Made by a program: the position numbers and the translations under genes | Assembly: GCA_964016885.1 (NCBI GenBank) | Contig: OZ024740.1 | Span: forward strand, 269,886,001 to 269,950,000 | DNA from: Eledone cirrhosa | Lineage: Eukaryota | DNA: 64,000 bases | Reading direction: 5' to 3' | Shown here: positions 41,844 to 55,276 of the stretch, piece after piece | Layout: every line of letters begins with the position of its first letter | Position numbering within the stretch: the first letter of the stretch is position 1 | Notes under the pieces: generated by a model | Told to the model about the DNA's origin: nothing | What the model saw: only the letters and a program-made list of their open reading frames with translations | Database searches by the model: none

Positions 41844-42360
41844 GAGAGTTGATTATTGATAATGTGAGCAAGCCTGTGGTTTGTATTGTCGTTTATAGAA
41901 AGAGAAATCATGAATATTAGATTCATGTATTGACGTGAGGTCCATGGATTATTTTAAGAATGTTGGTATGAACATGCTTGTTACAATACGCAATATGATG
42001 AATACACATATTTAAGGCTAAGTAACGTATTCAAAGTTTTGTTAACGTGTCACTTTGCCACTCATTCCTGATAGATATCTTTGTGATCTTCGAAAATAGA
42101 TACTGGATTATTGTATATCTAATACTCAAAAGCCATTTTCTCAAAATATATGACTGTATACACACGTGCTTATTTCCATTGTTTTCTCTTCTCACTCTCT
42201 ATCTTTTTATTCCGATTTTATTTGTTATTCTGTCTTCAGATGAAGGACTGTTTTCCTACTAAATAAAGCGTTAAACTAATATACGTTTTCATTGAACTAC
42301 GTTGCTAGCTGTGTAGTTTCCTTTTATTTTTGCATATCATCATCATCATCATCGTTTAAC

Positions 42361-42861
<501 letters not shown>

Positions 42862-42964
42862 TAGAATTGGCTCTCTGAAATAGCGATATATAAATGAATG
42901 TATATATAGTGTATTTTGTTATACACTGCATGCTTAATTAAAAGCATTTTAATATGTATATCTG

Positions 42965-42995
<31 letters not shown>

Positions 42996-43891
42996 TTGTG
43001 TGTTTGTGGTGTATGTATGTGTGCGTCTGTGTGTGTTTTTGCTCACGCACACGCATGCTCTCACACACAAACAATAAAACAATAACCACTCTCTAGTTTG
43101 TAACATAAATGATTCTCTTTGACTCCAGGTGTTGTACCAGACGGCATCCTACATTTTATATTCTATGCATTTCAACGCAGTCTGCAGCGATGAGGTTAAT
43201 ATAAATACTAGGATTGTAGGTATCACATTTGACATGAAATTACCGTTTTATTTCAGATATATGAATCACTAGATTGTAAGATTGCGCGTGTATTCATAAT
43301 ACTTGAACAGTTGCTAATATCAATATTTGCCTACTTGAAATCATATACATCTTTCATTTCAACTAAATACATCCTCACACAAATACACACAATTTCCGCA
43401 CCATATATATATATATAGAGAGAGAGATAGATAGATAAATATACACGGGTGTGTATGATTGAATTCCAACTTTGTCTGATTTACTCGTTTTATTTACAAT
43501 CTTTAAAATTAATAATGGTATTATAATGAAATAGTATGATAGAATATTAAATGTTAAGTGTTAATTGAACAATTACTTTCATGCTTTCGCAATCTTCAGG
43601 TTCATAATGTGTGGTGACAGTCAAGTTTGCAATTTTCAACTGTAATGAGATGGGTAAATTTTGTACCTTATATACAGTGAAAAGTGGCTCCAGAATGCTA
43701 AATCTTGCAAACTGAATTTCGACCAATCGGTGTGTAGTTTCACTAAATTACTAAAGTTGATTGGTTTAGGCGTCACGGTTGGTTGAGCATGTTTAACGAC
43801 CACTAATTGATCCTATTCAAAGCATCAATTGTTTTGCTATTTTTAGAAATGATGAAAATAGAATTTTCTAGTAACCATCAACATCACTTTT

Positions 43892-44011
<120 letters not shown>

Positions 44012-44109
44012 GGTGGTGGTCGTAGTCATGGTCATAGTAAACCATGACAACATTACTATTGACGCATTATTATTGTTCATTTATCTTGGGTTTGAATTTA
44101 TCAATAAAA

Positions 44110-45332
44110 TTCTTTTCTTTTATTTTTCTCTTGATTTCACTTTGTAGAATGGGAATATTATAAATATTCCATGACCACATGTTGCTAGATGGTTACTTAG
44201 GGGTATCTGACGGACATTTGGGTCTCTGATTTGCTGACGGTTTACCCGTGCACGTTCTGATAGTGCATTTCCAGTTTGACCGACATATAGTTCTTCACAA
44301 TTCGGGCATTTAATGCAGTAAATTAGATTTCTGCTTTTGCAGTTCATATTTGCATTTGAGAATATTTTTCCAGTTTTTGTTTTTATATATTGACCGGCGT
44401 GTATGGATTAACATGTGTCGCATCGACTATCATTGCATTTAGATACAGTGAATGATTGGTCTTTGTTGTTAAGGTCAAATTTTGCTTTTGTTAGTAATTG
44501 CTTCAAATTTTTCGGCTGTCTTTTACTATGAGTCAAAGATCGATCTGTGATTAAGCCTTTTAATTCATTACTTTGAGCAATGATCGGTAGGTTTGCTTTG
44601 GCAGTGTTGAAGATATTCTGGTGACATGGGTTGTGTGTCATTATAAATGGAATTACCAGTTCTTGGTTTCATCTTCCTTGGGTTGTCATAAGTTGTTGTA
44701 TAGGTATTTTTATAGCCCGCTGTATGCCATTTTCTATAAGTCGAGATGGGTATTTTTGTTTGAGCAAAAATTCTCTTAGTTCTGTTAGGCGTTTGTACCT
44801 GGTATTCGTATCTTCTACAATGGTACAAATCCTTCTGGCTAGGCAGTATGGGATGTTGCGTTTTGTATGAGGTGGATGGCCCGACTTAAAATTCAGATAT
44901 TGATGGGTGTCTGTGTGTTTATAATATGTATCCGTGGTAATGGTGGTGTCGTTTTTGATTATCATTATATCTAGGAATGGTAATTTGGTCCTACTCATGT
45001 ATTTTGTGAATTGGAGAGATGGGTGTAGGTTATTCAGGAGAATATTGAACTCATCCAGAGTATCTAGACATTCTGTCCAGATGATGAAACAGTCATCAAG
45101 GTATCTCTTCCAAGATTTTTCAATGTACTTTCTAAAGTCAGTACTATATTTTTCCTCTATTTCTTGGTAGAATTGTTGTTCTAAGTATCCCATTACAGAG
45201 TTCGCGTAAACGGGTGCAAACTTCATTCCCATCACTGTGCCTCTAATTTGGATGTAATTCTTTCCATTGAAGAAGAAAGTGTTGTTTTCCAGAATAAGAT
45301 TAACTGCGTCCAATATAAATGGCGCTGTGAAT
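44110..45332 (-). pseudogene. Neptune-type Penelope-like element relic (RT + CxxC linker + GIY-YIG), frameshifted
   Basis: YIQIRGTVMG.KFAP.YAN, WKRYLDDCF, LPFLD, YL.FKS.HP.HTKRNIPY, KCNDSRCDTC, NLIYCIKC..C.ELYVGQTG.ALSER. Confidence 0.9.
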
Positions 45333-45588
45333 CTCTCTCTATATATATATGTGTGTGTGTGTGTCTGTGTGTGTTTGTGTATATATATATATATATTATT
45401 ACAACTGTGACATAAACAAGTGCTCAAGTTTCGTTGGGTCACTCTCACACAGCCTGTCATAAGAGAAATAAAAATAAAATGGCCGCCCCAGGTTGAGTGT
45501 GATTTCGTTTCCGAAATATAACCTAAGTGTATAAAGAGAGGCAGGTAATCTGGAAGAAATTGTTTAAACTCGTCCCACCAAACATTTG

Positions 45589-45619
<31 letters not shown>

Positions 45620-45725
45620 TTCAGAGCACCAATTCTAATTTTCAATTTCTGCTGCTGGGCCGGTGACCGCTCTGTAAAATCAGTTCCTGATTGTTACTGG
45701 AATTCTATAAGAATCCAACACACAT

Positions 45726-45820
45726 AATTTTCGGCAGACATGGGGAGTAGTAAGTTTCGATAAGTACCAAAAAGTACGAAACAGAGCTGTCAACTTATCT
45801 CTCCCTGTCTGCCGAAAATT
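45726..45820 (+). ncRNA. Type I hammerhead-like RNA with TCGATAA core and long stem I
   Basis: taagtt TCGATAA gtac caaaaa gtac GAAA cag ag ct GTC aactta, enclosed by a perfect 15-bp duplex 45726-45740/45806-45820. Confidence 0.7.
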
Positions 45821-45945
45821 TAAGTAACCGACAATGTCGCTACTTTAAAACAATAGCGTATGGTCTTCAAAATGCTTTTAATTAAGCTTACAGTGTATTG
45901 CAAAATACACTATATATACATTCATATATATATATATATATATAC

Positions 45946-47729
45946 AAAGTGTTAAAACGATCAAGTTTTAGTTTAGAATATTTATTAGCTGACAATTCTT
46001 TCTTCCAGAGGGAAGTCTGGAATCATCGCAGCATAAGGAATGTCGAAAACGTGTAACTAGAATGCTAGTCATTTAGGATACATAATTGTTACTAGTGTCA
46101 AAGGCATCATGTGGAGAGTCAGGAGTTAAAAAGATGTTCCGCTTGAAATAACACAATTACAGGCAGTACTGGTTGGAAGTGTAACAGTTATAAGTAAAAG
46201 TAAAAAGCACAAGCAAAAGAAATCACAAGCAAAATAATCACAAGCAAAAAACACAGGCAAAGAAGTTATAAGCAAGGACAATTAGTGGTCAAGTCAGGAG
46301 TCAATACTGTCAATAATGCATATATGGAGAAAGAGTTATAATGCAGTTGAAATAAACATATTTTGTGTGGGGTGTTAAAGCATGTTATCTATATATATAA
46401 AACTGTGGTTGTCTGTCTGTCTATCGATTTTTGGCACACATGTCCTCTTAGAATCTCTCACGGAATTGCACCGAAATTGCTATACTTGTACATTGAGCGC
46501 TAGCGAAGACATCGGAAAAAAAAAATTTCAAATTGACCCACCCTATGTGACGAAATCGAATATAATGTATCGATTTTTGAGCGTAAGTTATCAGTTATTT
46601 CCCTTTGTTCTGTTTACATTGAGCGTCTTACGTAAAAAATTACGCTGGCTTTCTCAGCGTTTAAAATGACATTAACACAATACACGAACATTCGAACACT
46701 AAGCTTCCGTTTTACTTCATTTCCATTTAAAAGCATTTTAAAACAATATTTTTACTTGAAAACAAGTCTATTTAAAGACTACGTAAAACAAGCAAATATT
46801 TCGTCGTTAGGCGTGCAGACAGACAGTCGTGCAGACAGACAGTCGTGCAGAGAGGTGATATACGCGTGCAGACAGACAGTCGTGCAGAGAAGTGATATAG
46901 GCGTGCAGACAGACAGTCGTGCAGAGAGGTGATATAGGCGTGCAGACAGACAGTCGTGCAGAGAGGTGATATAGGCGTGCAGACACAGTCGTGCAGAGAG
47001 GTGATATAGGCGTGCAGACAGACATAACTGATAATTTGGTTACGCTAATGTTTTTCTCTGCGTTGCAGTGTTTACATTTTCGATCTTTGTTAATAAATAA
47101 CCAGTGCAGTTTTTATCCCCAGCATCCTATTTTGTTATAACATTCGGGTTATCGTTATGTTTTCTTAACTTCATAAGGCATATTGTTGGTTGAGGGAATA
47201 TTAATCAAAAACACCACATGCAAGTCTGCACAGTAGACACTACAGTTTTTAAGCCAAAAAAGAAACTTAACATTGTAACTTTAACACAGCTACTGGCGAC
47301 CCCGAGCAACGCCGGGCTTTACTGCTAGTATTTGATATAAATGTTTAAGATAGTGTGCAATTTGTTAGAGAGGCATGTGGTGATAATGTCGATATTTTTT
47401 ATGTAAGGTGTAATGTAAAGCACTAGATAGAGTTGGGTATGTGATTTTCATTTAAGTGTTTTTGTGTTGTAGTTCGTATGTATGTGTGTATTTTGTTTGT
47501 TATTCACAGCTATTAACCATTTTGCTTGTGATTATTTTGGTTGTGACTTTTTTGCTTGTGCTTTTTACTTTTACTCATAACTCTTACTTCCAACCAGTGC
47601 TGCCTGTAATTGTGTTATTTCAAGCGGAACATCTTTTTAACTCCTGACTCTCCACATGATGCCTTTGACGATAGTAACAATTATGTACCCTAAATGTTCT
47701 AAACTAAAATTTGATCGTTTTAACACTTT
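45946..47729. repeat. Inverted repeat (arms ~45946-46250 and ~47519-47729)
   Basis: catcatgtggagagtcaggagttaaaaagatgttccgcttgaaataacac versus its reverse complement at ~47610-47660. Confidence 0.88.
46388..47328 (+). mobile_element. Non-autonomous Helitron with internal ~37-bp minisatellite (46810-47022)
   Basis: 5' a|TCtatatatataaaa; 3' cccgagcaacgccggg hairpin + CTAG|t; inserted between A and T; no ORF. Confidence 0.85.
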
Positions 47730-48885
47730 ATATCTCGGCTCTGTACAACATTTAAAAATTTGCATTGAGCCTTTTGTCATACCGGTAACCGACTAGTACT
47801 TAGTACTACCCTACATATTTATAGTTATATCAAACATATATAAATATAAATATTACTATATATATATATATTACATGTACAGATTAAAGTTTAATCTTTG
47901 CATTTAATAAATATTTGCTCTCCGGTTTTTTTTTTATTATATATACATTTCATATATATATATACATAATACTTATCGAGCCATCTTCGCTTTTTAGTCC
48001 TCACATTTATTTATGTATATGAATTTAGATGAGTATAAGTCGGAACTCACATTCTCCCTACCATGGTTTCTATAATAAGGAAACAATATAGATTATTTCA
48101 ATTCATTGGAACAACCAATACTGGAAGAACTTATGTCACCAGGGTAACCTTCTTTGGAACAAGAGAACATTTTGATCACTATGTATGCAGACCATTATGT
48201 TGATGAAACTGCATGACGTCCAAAACTTTGCGTTGTTTAACTACTAAATGAACATATCTCTCTATATATATATTAGGACAATGCGACAGGCGTATAATTA
48301 CACAAGAGATAGCAGGAAAAAACAGCTAAATCTATGCTAAAATGAAGAAGTGATTAATATTGATTTAAAAGTTATTTGTCTCTAATACTCTAATATTTAG
48401 ACATTTCTAATATTTAGACATATGAGATTTTGGCATAAGTTTAATATGTTAAATTAGTTATCTGAGTCATATTTTATTTAAATATTTTATCTATTCATTG
48501 AGATGTCTACGTGTTAGAGACACATTATCATTTTAATTGATATATATATATAGTTATATTTATACATTATATATAAAATAGTCTAGTCAAGTTGATTAAA
48601 CAAACATATAAAGCAAATAATAATATATAGCTCAGATTTCTATTGATAGAAACGTTCGTAAACCAATATGTATATTGTGTATGTTTGTGTATGGCCATCC
48701 CTCCCCAAATATAACAATATCTGTTTCGACACACGATTTCATATAGATAAACTTTCAAAACATATATATATATATAGATCGATATATATATTTACTTTCC
48801 ACTTCACGTTCCATTTTTAATTTATTTTTATTTCTATTGTTCTCGCTACCTTCCCCCTCTCTCCTTTCCGGAGTACCTCCCCCCA

Positions 48886-48925
48886 TTCTCCTGATGAAGG
48901 GCTTATGTCCGAATCGTCGCAACCA
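48886..48925 (+). ncRNA. Degenerate PLE-type hammerhead motif
   Basis: ctc CTGATGA agggcttatgtcc GAAtc GTC; GAAA is mutated. Confidence 0.45.
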
Positions 48926-49032
48926 CACACCACACTGTCACCAAGCTTGGAACTAATAATATTTGTAACCTTTTCTGCTGCGTTTGTCTCTTTTATGTTT
49001 TCTGTTATTTCGAACTAAAACATTACTCACCA

Positions 49033-49741
49033 ATGCCAAATTACCCACCACAAACCCACAACCAACTGTCAAAAAATGTGTTTCATGCCATTAAATGTAA
49101 AGGACGCAATGAAGATTATATAGGGAAAACTAAACTCACGCTGAGAAACAGGATGGCAATTCATCGCCAACAATTACGAGACCCTACCATAGGAGGGATA
49201 CCACTCAGTGCACATCTAGACATACGCTCAAGCGATAAGACACCCAAATTCCAAAACTTCCCACTTTATCTTTGCGCTGATAATACGCTGACCAAATACG
49301 GATAAATAAGGAAAATATGTTTATTCTAAAATATAGACCAGTATTAGGGCGGTGGATTGGCAGTATCGGTAGAGGGTCGGACGCCATGCTTTCAAGCATA
49401 GTTACGTCCCTTTACGATCTGAGTTCAAATCCCGCCGAGGTTGACTTTGCCTTTCATCCTTACGGGGTCGATAAAATAAAAAGTACCAGTAATGCACTGG
49501 GTAATTGCTGGCCTTGTGCCTAAAGTAGAAACAAGTATTAAATATAGCTTATGTTAACACCATAAAATGCGAACCATCCAAACACACACATAACACCCTC
49601 TTTTATATACGAAAATAAAAGAACAGAGCTAAATATACTTTAACATAGGTTAATATTTTAACACTTTAACATGGTAACTATACCCCCCACACACACATAA
49701 CTCCCTGCTCCATTTCTACTAATGGAATCATTTTCTCTCTC

Positions 49742-49774
<33 letters not shown>

Positions 49775-50372
49775 CATACACACACACACATCCACACACA
49801 AAAAATATATATAAATATCTATTTTCTGCCCTGTCGCCACCACCACAACTATCGATACAAACATTCAATTTATTTCAATTGAAAGTCTGAATTTTGATAT
49901 CTCAGCACATCAGCCATACGATTTCTCCCCATCCCCTTTCTTGACCATTATCTTTTGTTTGGCACACAACTCTCTATTACAAATCACGTGACCGTGAAAC
50001 CGGCTACAAAGAACCCCCTAATACGAACTGGCACGAAATTGAATGTACTTATTCACGTGACAGTCATAACAAACCAATTTACATATATGAAAAAAAACAA
50101 TTTGAGCCACTTTTTAAGTGAAAATGACAATAAAGAACCCTGAAACGCGAACTGGCGCGAAAGTTGATGTACTTATTCACGTGACAGTCATCAACGAACC
50201 AAATTTCACTTATATTTGAAAAAAACATAATTTGAGCCACTTTTTTTAAAGAACTTTGTAACGCGAACTGGCGCGAAATTTATTATACTTATTCATGTGA
50301 CAGTCATCAATCAACCAAATTATATATTTTTTTTAATCTAGCAATTCTAACCACATTTTTCCACATAAAACA
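49033..50372 (+). mobile_element. Neptune-type PLE 3' relic (GIY-YIG + 3' UTR with ~120-bp tandem repeats), interrupted by a SINE
   Basis: NVFHAIKC...EDYIGKTKLTLRNRMAIHRQQ; KYRPVL|NI rejoins across the SINE; repeats at ~50005-50330. Confidence 0.65.
49347..49533 (+). mobile_element. Full-length tRNA-derived SINE (Deu/Nin-like central domain) with 7-bp TSD
   Basis: Head gggcggtggattggcagtatcggtagag, B-box gagttcaaatccc, gcctttcatccttacggggtcgataaaat; TSD agtatta at 49340-49346 and 49534-49540. Confidence 0.9.
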
Positions 50373-50393
50373 TATATATATATATAGTAATAA

Positions 50394-50565
50394 TAATTGT
50401 TTCTATTTTTGGCACAAGGCCAGCAAATAACCAGTGCATTACTGGTACTTTATTTTATCGACCCCGTAAGGATGAAAGGCAAAGTCAACCTCGGCGGGAT
50501 TTGAACTCAGATCGTTAAGGGACGTAACCATGCTGGCGTTCGACTCTCTACCGATACTACCAATC
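50394..50565 (-). mobile_element. tRNA-derived SINE copy
   Basis: Shared SINE body. Confidence 0.85.
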
Positions 50566-50689
50566 AACGAATCGCATTTATTATAAGATATGATATGATT
50601 GAAATATTTACCCGGACCCTGGGGAGTGATTGTATAATCCGATATAGGGTTTTTGCGACACCTAAATCAATAATACTGTCTGCTTATAA

Positions 50690-50815
<126 letters not shown>

Positions 50816-50816
50816 T

Positions 50817-51366
50817 TCGTTTCTGAATTTGTTTAGCAAGATTCTTTATCTGAAAACGTGTGTTGAAACCGATATTGTTATACTTTGGGAGGGTCATGTT
50901 GCCAATAAGAAACACACGCACCAGTTGCTTTCACTTCAATTTATTATAATAAATTTATAAATTTAGGAATTTATAAATTTCCGGTTGGTTGGTTGGTTCC
51001 ACAACCAGATGGTTGTTTATATATTGTCAAAGTCCTTTCGTCACACATTCTGTGACCTCTTCAGTGACTGGGGATTCTTTTCTTTTTTTTTGTTTTTTGT
51101 TTTTTGAACAAAGGAGAGGCACAACAAAAAACCCTAATACGAACTGGCGCGAAATTTAAAGAATCCCCAGTCACTGAAGAGGTCACAGAATGTGTGACGA
51201 AAGAACTTTGACAATATATAAACAACCATCGGGTTGTGGAACCAACCAACCAACCGGAAAGTTATAAATTCCTAAATTTATAAATTTATTATAATAAATT
51301 GAAGTGAAAGCAACTGGTGCGTGTGTTTCTTATTGGCAACATGACCCTCCCAAAGTATAACAATAT
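50817..51366. repeat. Inverted repeat (arms ~50872-51079 and 51158-51366) in (AT)n, PLE-type terminus
   Basis: Arms are reverse complements; ends in atgaccctcccaaagtataacaatat. Confidence 0.92.
51170..51212 (+). ncRNA. Minimal type I hammerhead ribozyme (inverted copy at ~51026-51068)
   Basis: gtca CTGAAGA g gtcac agaatgt gtgac GAAA g aa CTT tgac: stem I gtca/tgac, stem II gtcac/gtgac. Confidence 0.75.
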
Positions 51367-51367
51367 A

Positions 51368-51403
<36 letters not shown>

Positions 51404-51430
51404 TGTATGTATGTATGTATGCATTTATGT

Positions 51431-52037
51431 CAGGTCACCAGTTGGTGCTACTGGTAACATGTATTCCAGTACAACCTGTCTCATGGACGGGTCGTTGGCG
51501 ACTATACTGACAACCACACCAAGGTTTTTTGGTGAGGAGGGTGACTTTGGACATCCTGCAGGACTAAAAACAAAACCTGTCAAAGGGCAATGGAGCTCTT
51601 AAGAGTCAATGGCCATCCAAAATCAGCGGGAGAGATGACCCCTTAGCCTTTGTCAAGGCAGAATTCTAGGAGAAGGAAAACTCTGATATAACACCTGCAG
51701 CCCTGATAGTATCCAATGATGTTGACTTTTTCTTCTTTTTGGTAAATATCATCTTGGTTAAGAGAGTGGGACTGGTTTTGTGCAATGCCTTTGCTCAATA
51801 TAAAAGCTTCACGGCACAGGCATTGCTTTATATCTGGAGATCTCTTAGCACTTTTCGTCACATGGTACCATGGGCCCAGCACTATTTGTCATTAATTGTC
51901 ACAAGTGTAGTGTTTGTACCAGAGTTTTCAAGTCGCTGGCTGGACTAAAAAGTCACACTCGTTCAGCGCATCGGTAGGGGTTCTCCTACATGGATATAAA
52001 GTAGTGGCCGTACTCGAAAACGAGTTGTCTGCCACCA
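51431..52037 (+). mobile_element. Full-length ~600 bp non-autonomous RTE-derived element in (ATGT)n
   Basis: RTE-like 5' UTR motif ctaggagaaggaaaactctgat joined to a C2H2-coding 3' end and an actcgaaaacgagt hairpin. Confidence 0.8.
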
Positions 52038-52374
52038 TGTATGTATGTATATATATATATATATATATATTACTCGAGAATTGACGAGACAAACAAAGAG
52101 ATGAAAAAATATAAAGTATTATTTTCACAATTGGAAATGAAGATGAAAAAAAAAAAAAAAAATGTTTCAAGATCGGAAATAAGTCCTTCATCAAGAAAGA
52201 ACGAATATAGGTGACAAAGGAGGTCGAAAAAACGGAGGTTGAACGATTGAAACAAAAACATTTAAATGGTTGAGGATGGCAGACACGTTGTCCAGCTGTA
52301 TCAATGACACTTTTATATGTGTACAGATGGAGTTATATCATAGGTGTACATAACATTAACCTTATTTCTTCTTT

Positions 52375-52382
52375 GAGCGTGT

Positions 52383-52413
<31 letters not shown>

Positions 52414-53075
52414 AGTTCTGTGCATGGTTGACGGAGACGTGTGTGTGTGTGTGGCTGTGTGTTCTTTGTATGGTTGACGGAGGGTTGTGTGTGTGTGTAT
52501 GTGTGTGTTTGTGTAAGGTTAACGAGAGGTGTGTGCATTTATGTGTATGGTTGACGGTGGGCTGTGTGCGTGTCTGTGCGTTTCTGTGTATGGTTGACGG
52601 AGGGTGCGTGTGTGTCTGTGAAGGAGGGGTGTGTGTGTGTATGATTGACGGAAGGGTGGGTGTGTGTGTGTGTATGGTTGACGGAGGAGGGGTTGAAGGA
52701 GGGTGTGTGTGTGTGTGTGTGTGTGTGTATGGTTGACGGGGGGTGGGGGGTTGAAGGAGGGTGTGTGTGTGTGTATGGTTGAAGGAGGGGTCTGAGTGTG
52801 TATGGTTGACGGAGGGGTGTGTGTGTATGGTTGACGGAGGGGCGTGTGCGTGTTGTGTGTGTTCTGTGTATGGTTGTCGGAGTGTGTGTGTGTGGTTGAC
52901 GGCGGGGTGTGTGCGTGTGTGTGTTGTGGTTGACGGAGTGTATGTGTGTGTGTGTCTGTTGTTGGCGGAGTGTTGTGTGTGTCCACGGTACACAGAGGGT
53001 GTGTGTGTATGGATGACAGAGGGGTGTGGGTGGGTTCTGTGTATGGTTGATGGAGGAGTGTGTGCGTGTGAGGGT
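52375..53075. repeat. GT/G-rich minisatellite (core gtatggttgacggaggg)
   Basis: About 20 degenerate units separated by (GT)n. Confidence 0.9.
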
Positions 53076-53222
53076 GTGTATTATGTATATATGTATATGA
53101 GAGAGTGTATATATGTGTATATGTACATGTTTGCCGATATATACGTTTGAATAGCAGCTTTATAATAAATCTATATTGGCCAGTAGGAAAACGATGAAGA
53201 AATAATTGGTAAGATTTCATTA

Positions 53223-53408
53223 TGTGGATTGGCAGTATCGGTGAGGATCGGACGCCATGCTTTGACGCATAGAGTTACGGCCCTTGCCATTCTGAGTTCA
53301 AATTCCGCCGAGGTTAACTTTGCCTTTCATCCTTACTGGCTCGATAAAATAAAGTACCAGTAATGTACTGGAATAATTGCTGGCCTTGTGTCAAACGTAG
53401 AAACAATT
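53223..53408 (+). mobile_element. tRNA-derived SINE copy
   Basis: Shared SINE body. Confidence 0.85.
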
Positions 53409-53589
53409 ATATTTTCTTGGCATTTAAACTGATGTTTATTACATTATCATTCTTTTGGCATAAAAACTTACAATATACCATATATATTCACAAACAAACA
53501 TAAAATACTTCTTCTTCTTCTTATTATTATTATTATTATTATTATTATTCTTCTTCTTCTTCTTCTTCTTCTCCTTAATTCTTCTTCTT

Positions 53590-54450
53590 TCATTTTTTTC
53601 TTCGCATTCTCCCATTTGTTACAGAGAGTTTCGTGGGGTAAGCATCCTCAGACCCTCTCTTCCAGAGAGTCCTATTGCAAGCAACCATCTCCAAATGATC
53701 GACCTGGATAAACAAGAGATATTATATCCAAACTTCTTCCTCCTTATTTCCCTCTGCGTCTCCTGCCAATTGGCTTTGACCATGTAATATGTCCTGAGAG
53801 GCGAGCTATCCAACCTATTTAGTAACGCTACATTCCAAGAACTTTCGGAGAAAATTTATTTCAGGCACTTGTATATCGAAATGAAGATAGCGAGTTTGGT
53901 TTTTAAACCTACCTCACTTCTGCATTATGGTACCAGATCCAGCTATTCTTGCATTTAATTCAGCCTACTGCCTTCTATAAAAACGGATCCGAAATACTCG
54001 AACTCTTCCATTTGGTTCAGTGTGAATCCACACACATGCTTTATCGAGCGGACGAAAGCCTCAGTCTCTGCAGTACAGATTTTTATTTCTCTTTTGCAGT
54101 GCATCTCGAAGATTGCTTTCCTACGAGAAATGTATCACCATGTCATCTGCGAATATCAGCCGATAGATACTCTACCTGTCGTTTATTATACCGCTTCCAT
54201 CCTGGTTGCTTATGCCAATGCTATTCATAAAGATTATGGACAGGAGAAGTGAAAATACGCATCTTTGGCAGAGTCTGACATCTTCTTAGCACCTATTTAC
54301 TAAATATAGGCCACGCCAATAAGCAACCTGCAGAGATAACCAGCAAAACCATCCAGGCGGTCTCCAAACAAAACACTCCACTTGGTATGTTTACACCAGC
54401 TCGTCATTATATCTACTTTTAGTTTGGTCACATTCGCCAAACGTTCATGT
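53590..54450 (-). mobile_element. RTE-clade LINE 3' relic with (GAA/TAA)n tail at ~53508-53590
   Basis: Minus strand IYRLIFADDMV (RT FADD motif), EVGLKTKLAIFISIY, degenerate C-terminus. Confidence 0.7.
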
Positions 54451-55245
54451 CAAATAGTTCAGTTCCCTTTGCAGCCGTTGCTGCAAATATATGTCGATGT
54501 CTGTATCATGGTTATTTTAGTTTTTGTTGTTTCTTTAATGCTTTTTTTATTATTGCAGTGGTGGTGTGTATCATGGAGTTGGTGATGGAATGGGATGGCA
54601 GTGTCCGAGTTAGTGTTGTTTTTTGTTGTTTGTTTTATTGAGTTTCTCTTGTGTTTGCTCTGTTAAAGATTTTAACGTCGGAGATTTCGTCTCATAATTG
54701 TCCATGCATAGTTGTTGTTGTTGTTGCTGTTGCTGTCGTTCTTTGAACTTTGGATGTTTGATCTTGTGGATAGCCCGCTGTACAATTCAGTGGAGAATTT
54801 TTTGACGTCCATCTTTTTATTGTATAACCCAATTGAAGGGTGTGTTTAAAACATACACAGGTTCATCCCCAAAAGGCTACAGGTAGAGTAAAACTAGCCA
54901 ACTTACAAACGTACTGGTTAGGCTAACTATAAACTAACGTTCAACAAAATACGTTGGATAACAATGGAATAACAATAAACTTGCGAGAGCGATCTGTAAC
55001 ACGTGTCCATAAACGAACTAACTTAATAATAATTTCTGCTCTAGGCCAGCGATTTGAAGGTGAGGGGAAAGTCGTTTAAATCGATCCCAGTGCATGACTG
55101 GTACTTTATTTTATCGACCCCGTAAGAATGAAAGGTAAAGCTAACCTTGGCGGATTTGAAGACAGAACGTAAATGCCCGTATAGCTAATCCGCAAAGTAT
55201 GTTGTTAGACGCTCTACCCATTCTCCAATAATAATAATAATAATG

Positions 55246-55274
<29 letters not shown>

Positions 55275-55276
<2 letters not shown>

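Noticed and set aside
46810-47022. Regular ~37-bp repeats resembling a CRISPR array
   Set aside because: No unique spacers, no cas genes, eukaryotic context; it is a minisatellite inside a Helitron.
49347-49440. SINE heads as tRNA genes
   Set aside because: No full cloverleaf; always fused to the SINE body, many dispersed copies, TSD present.
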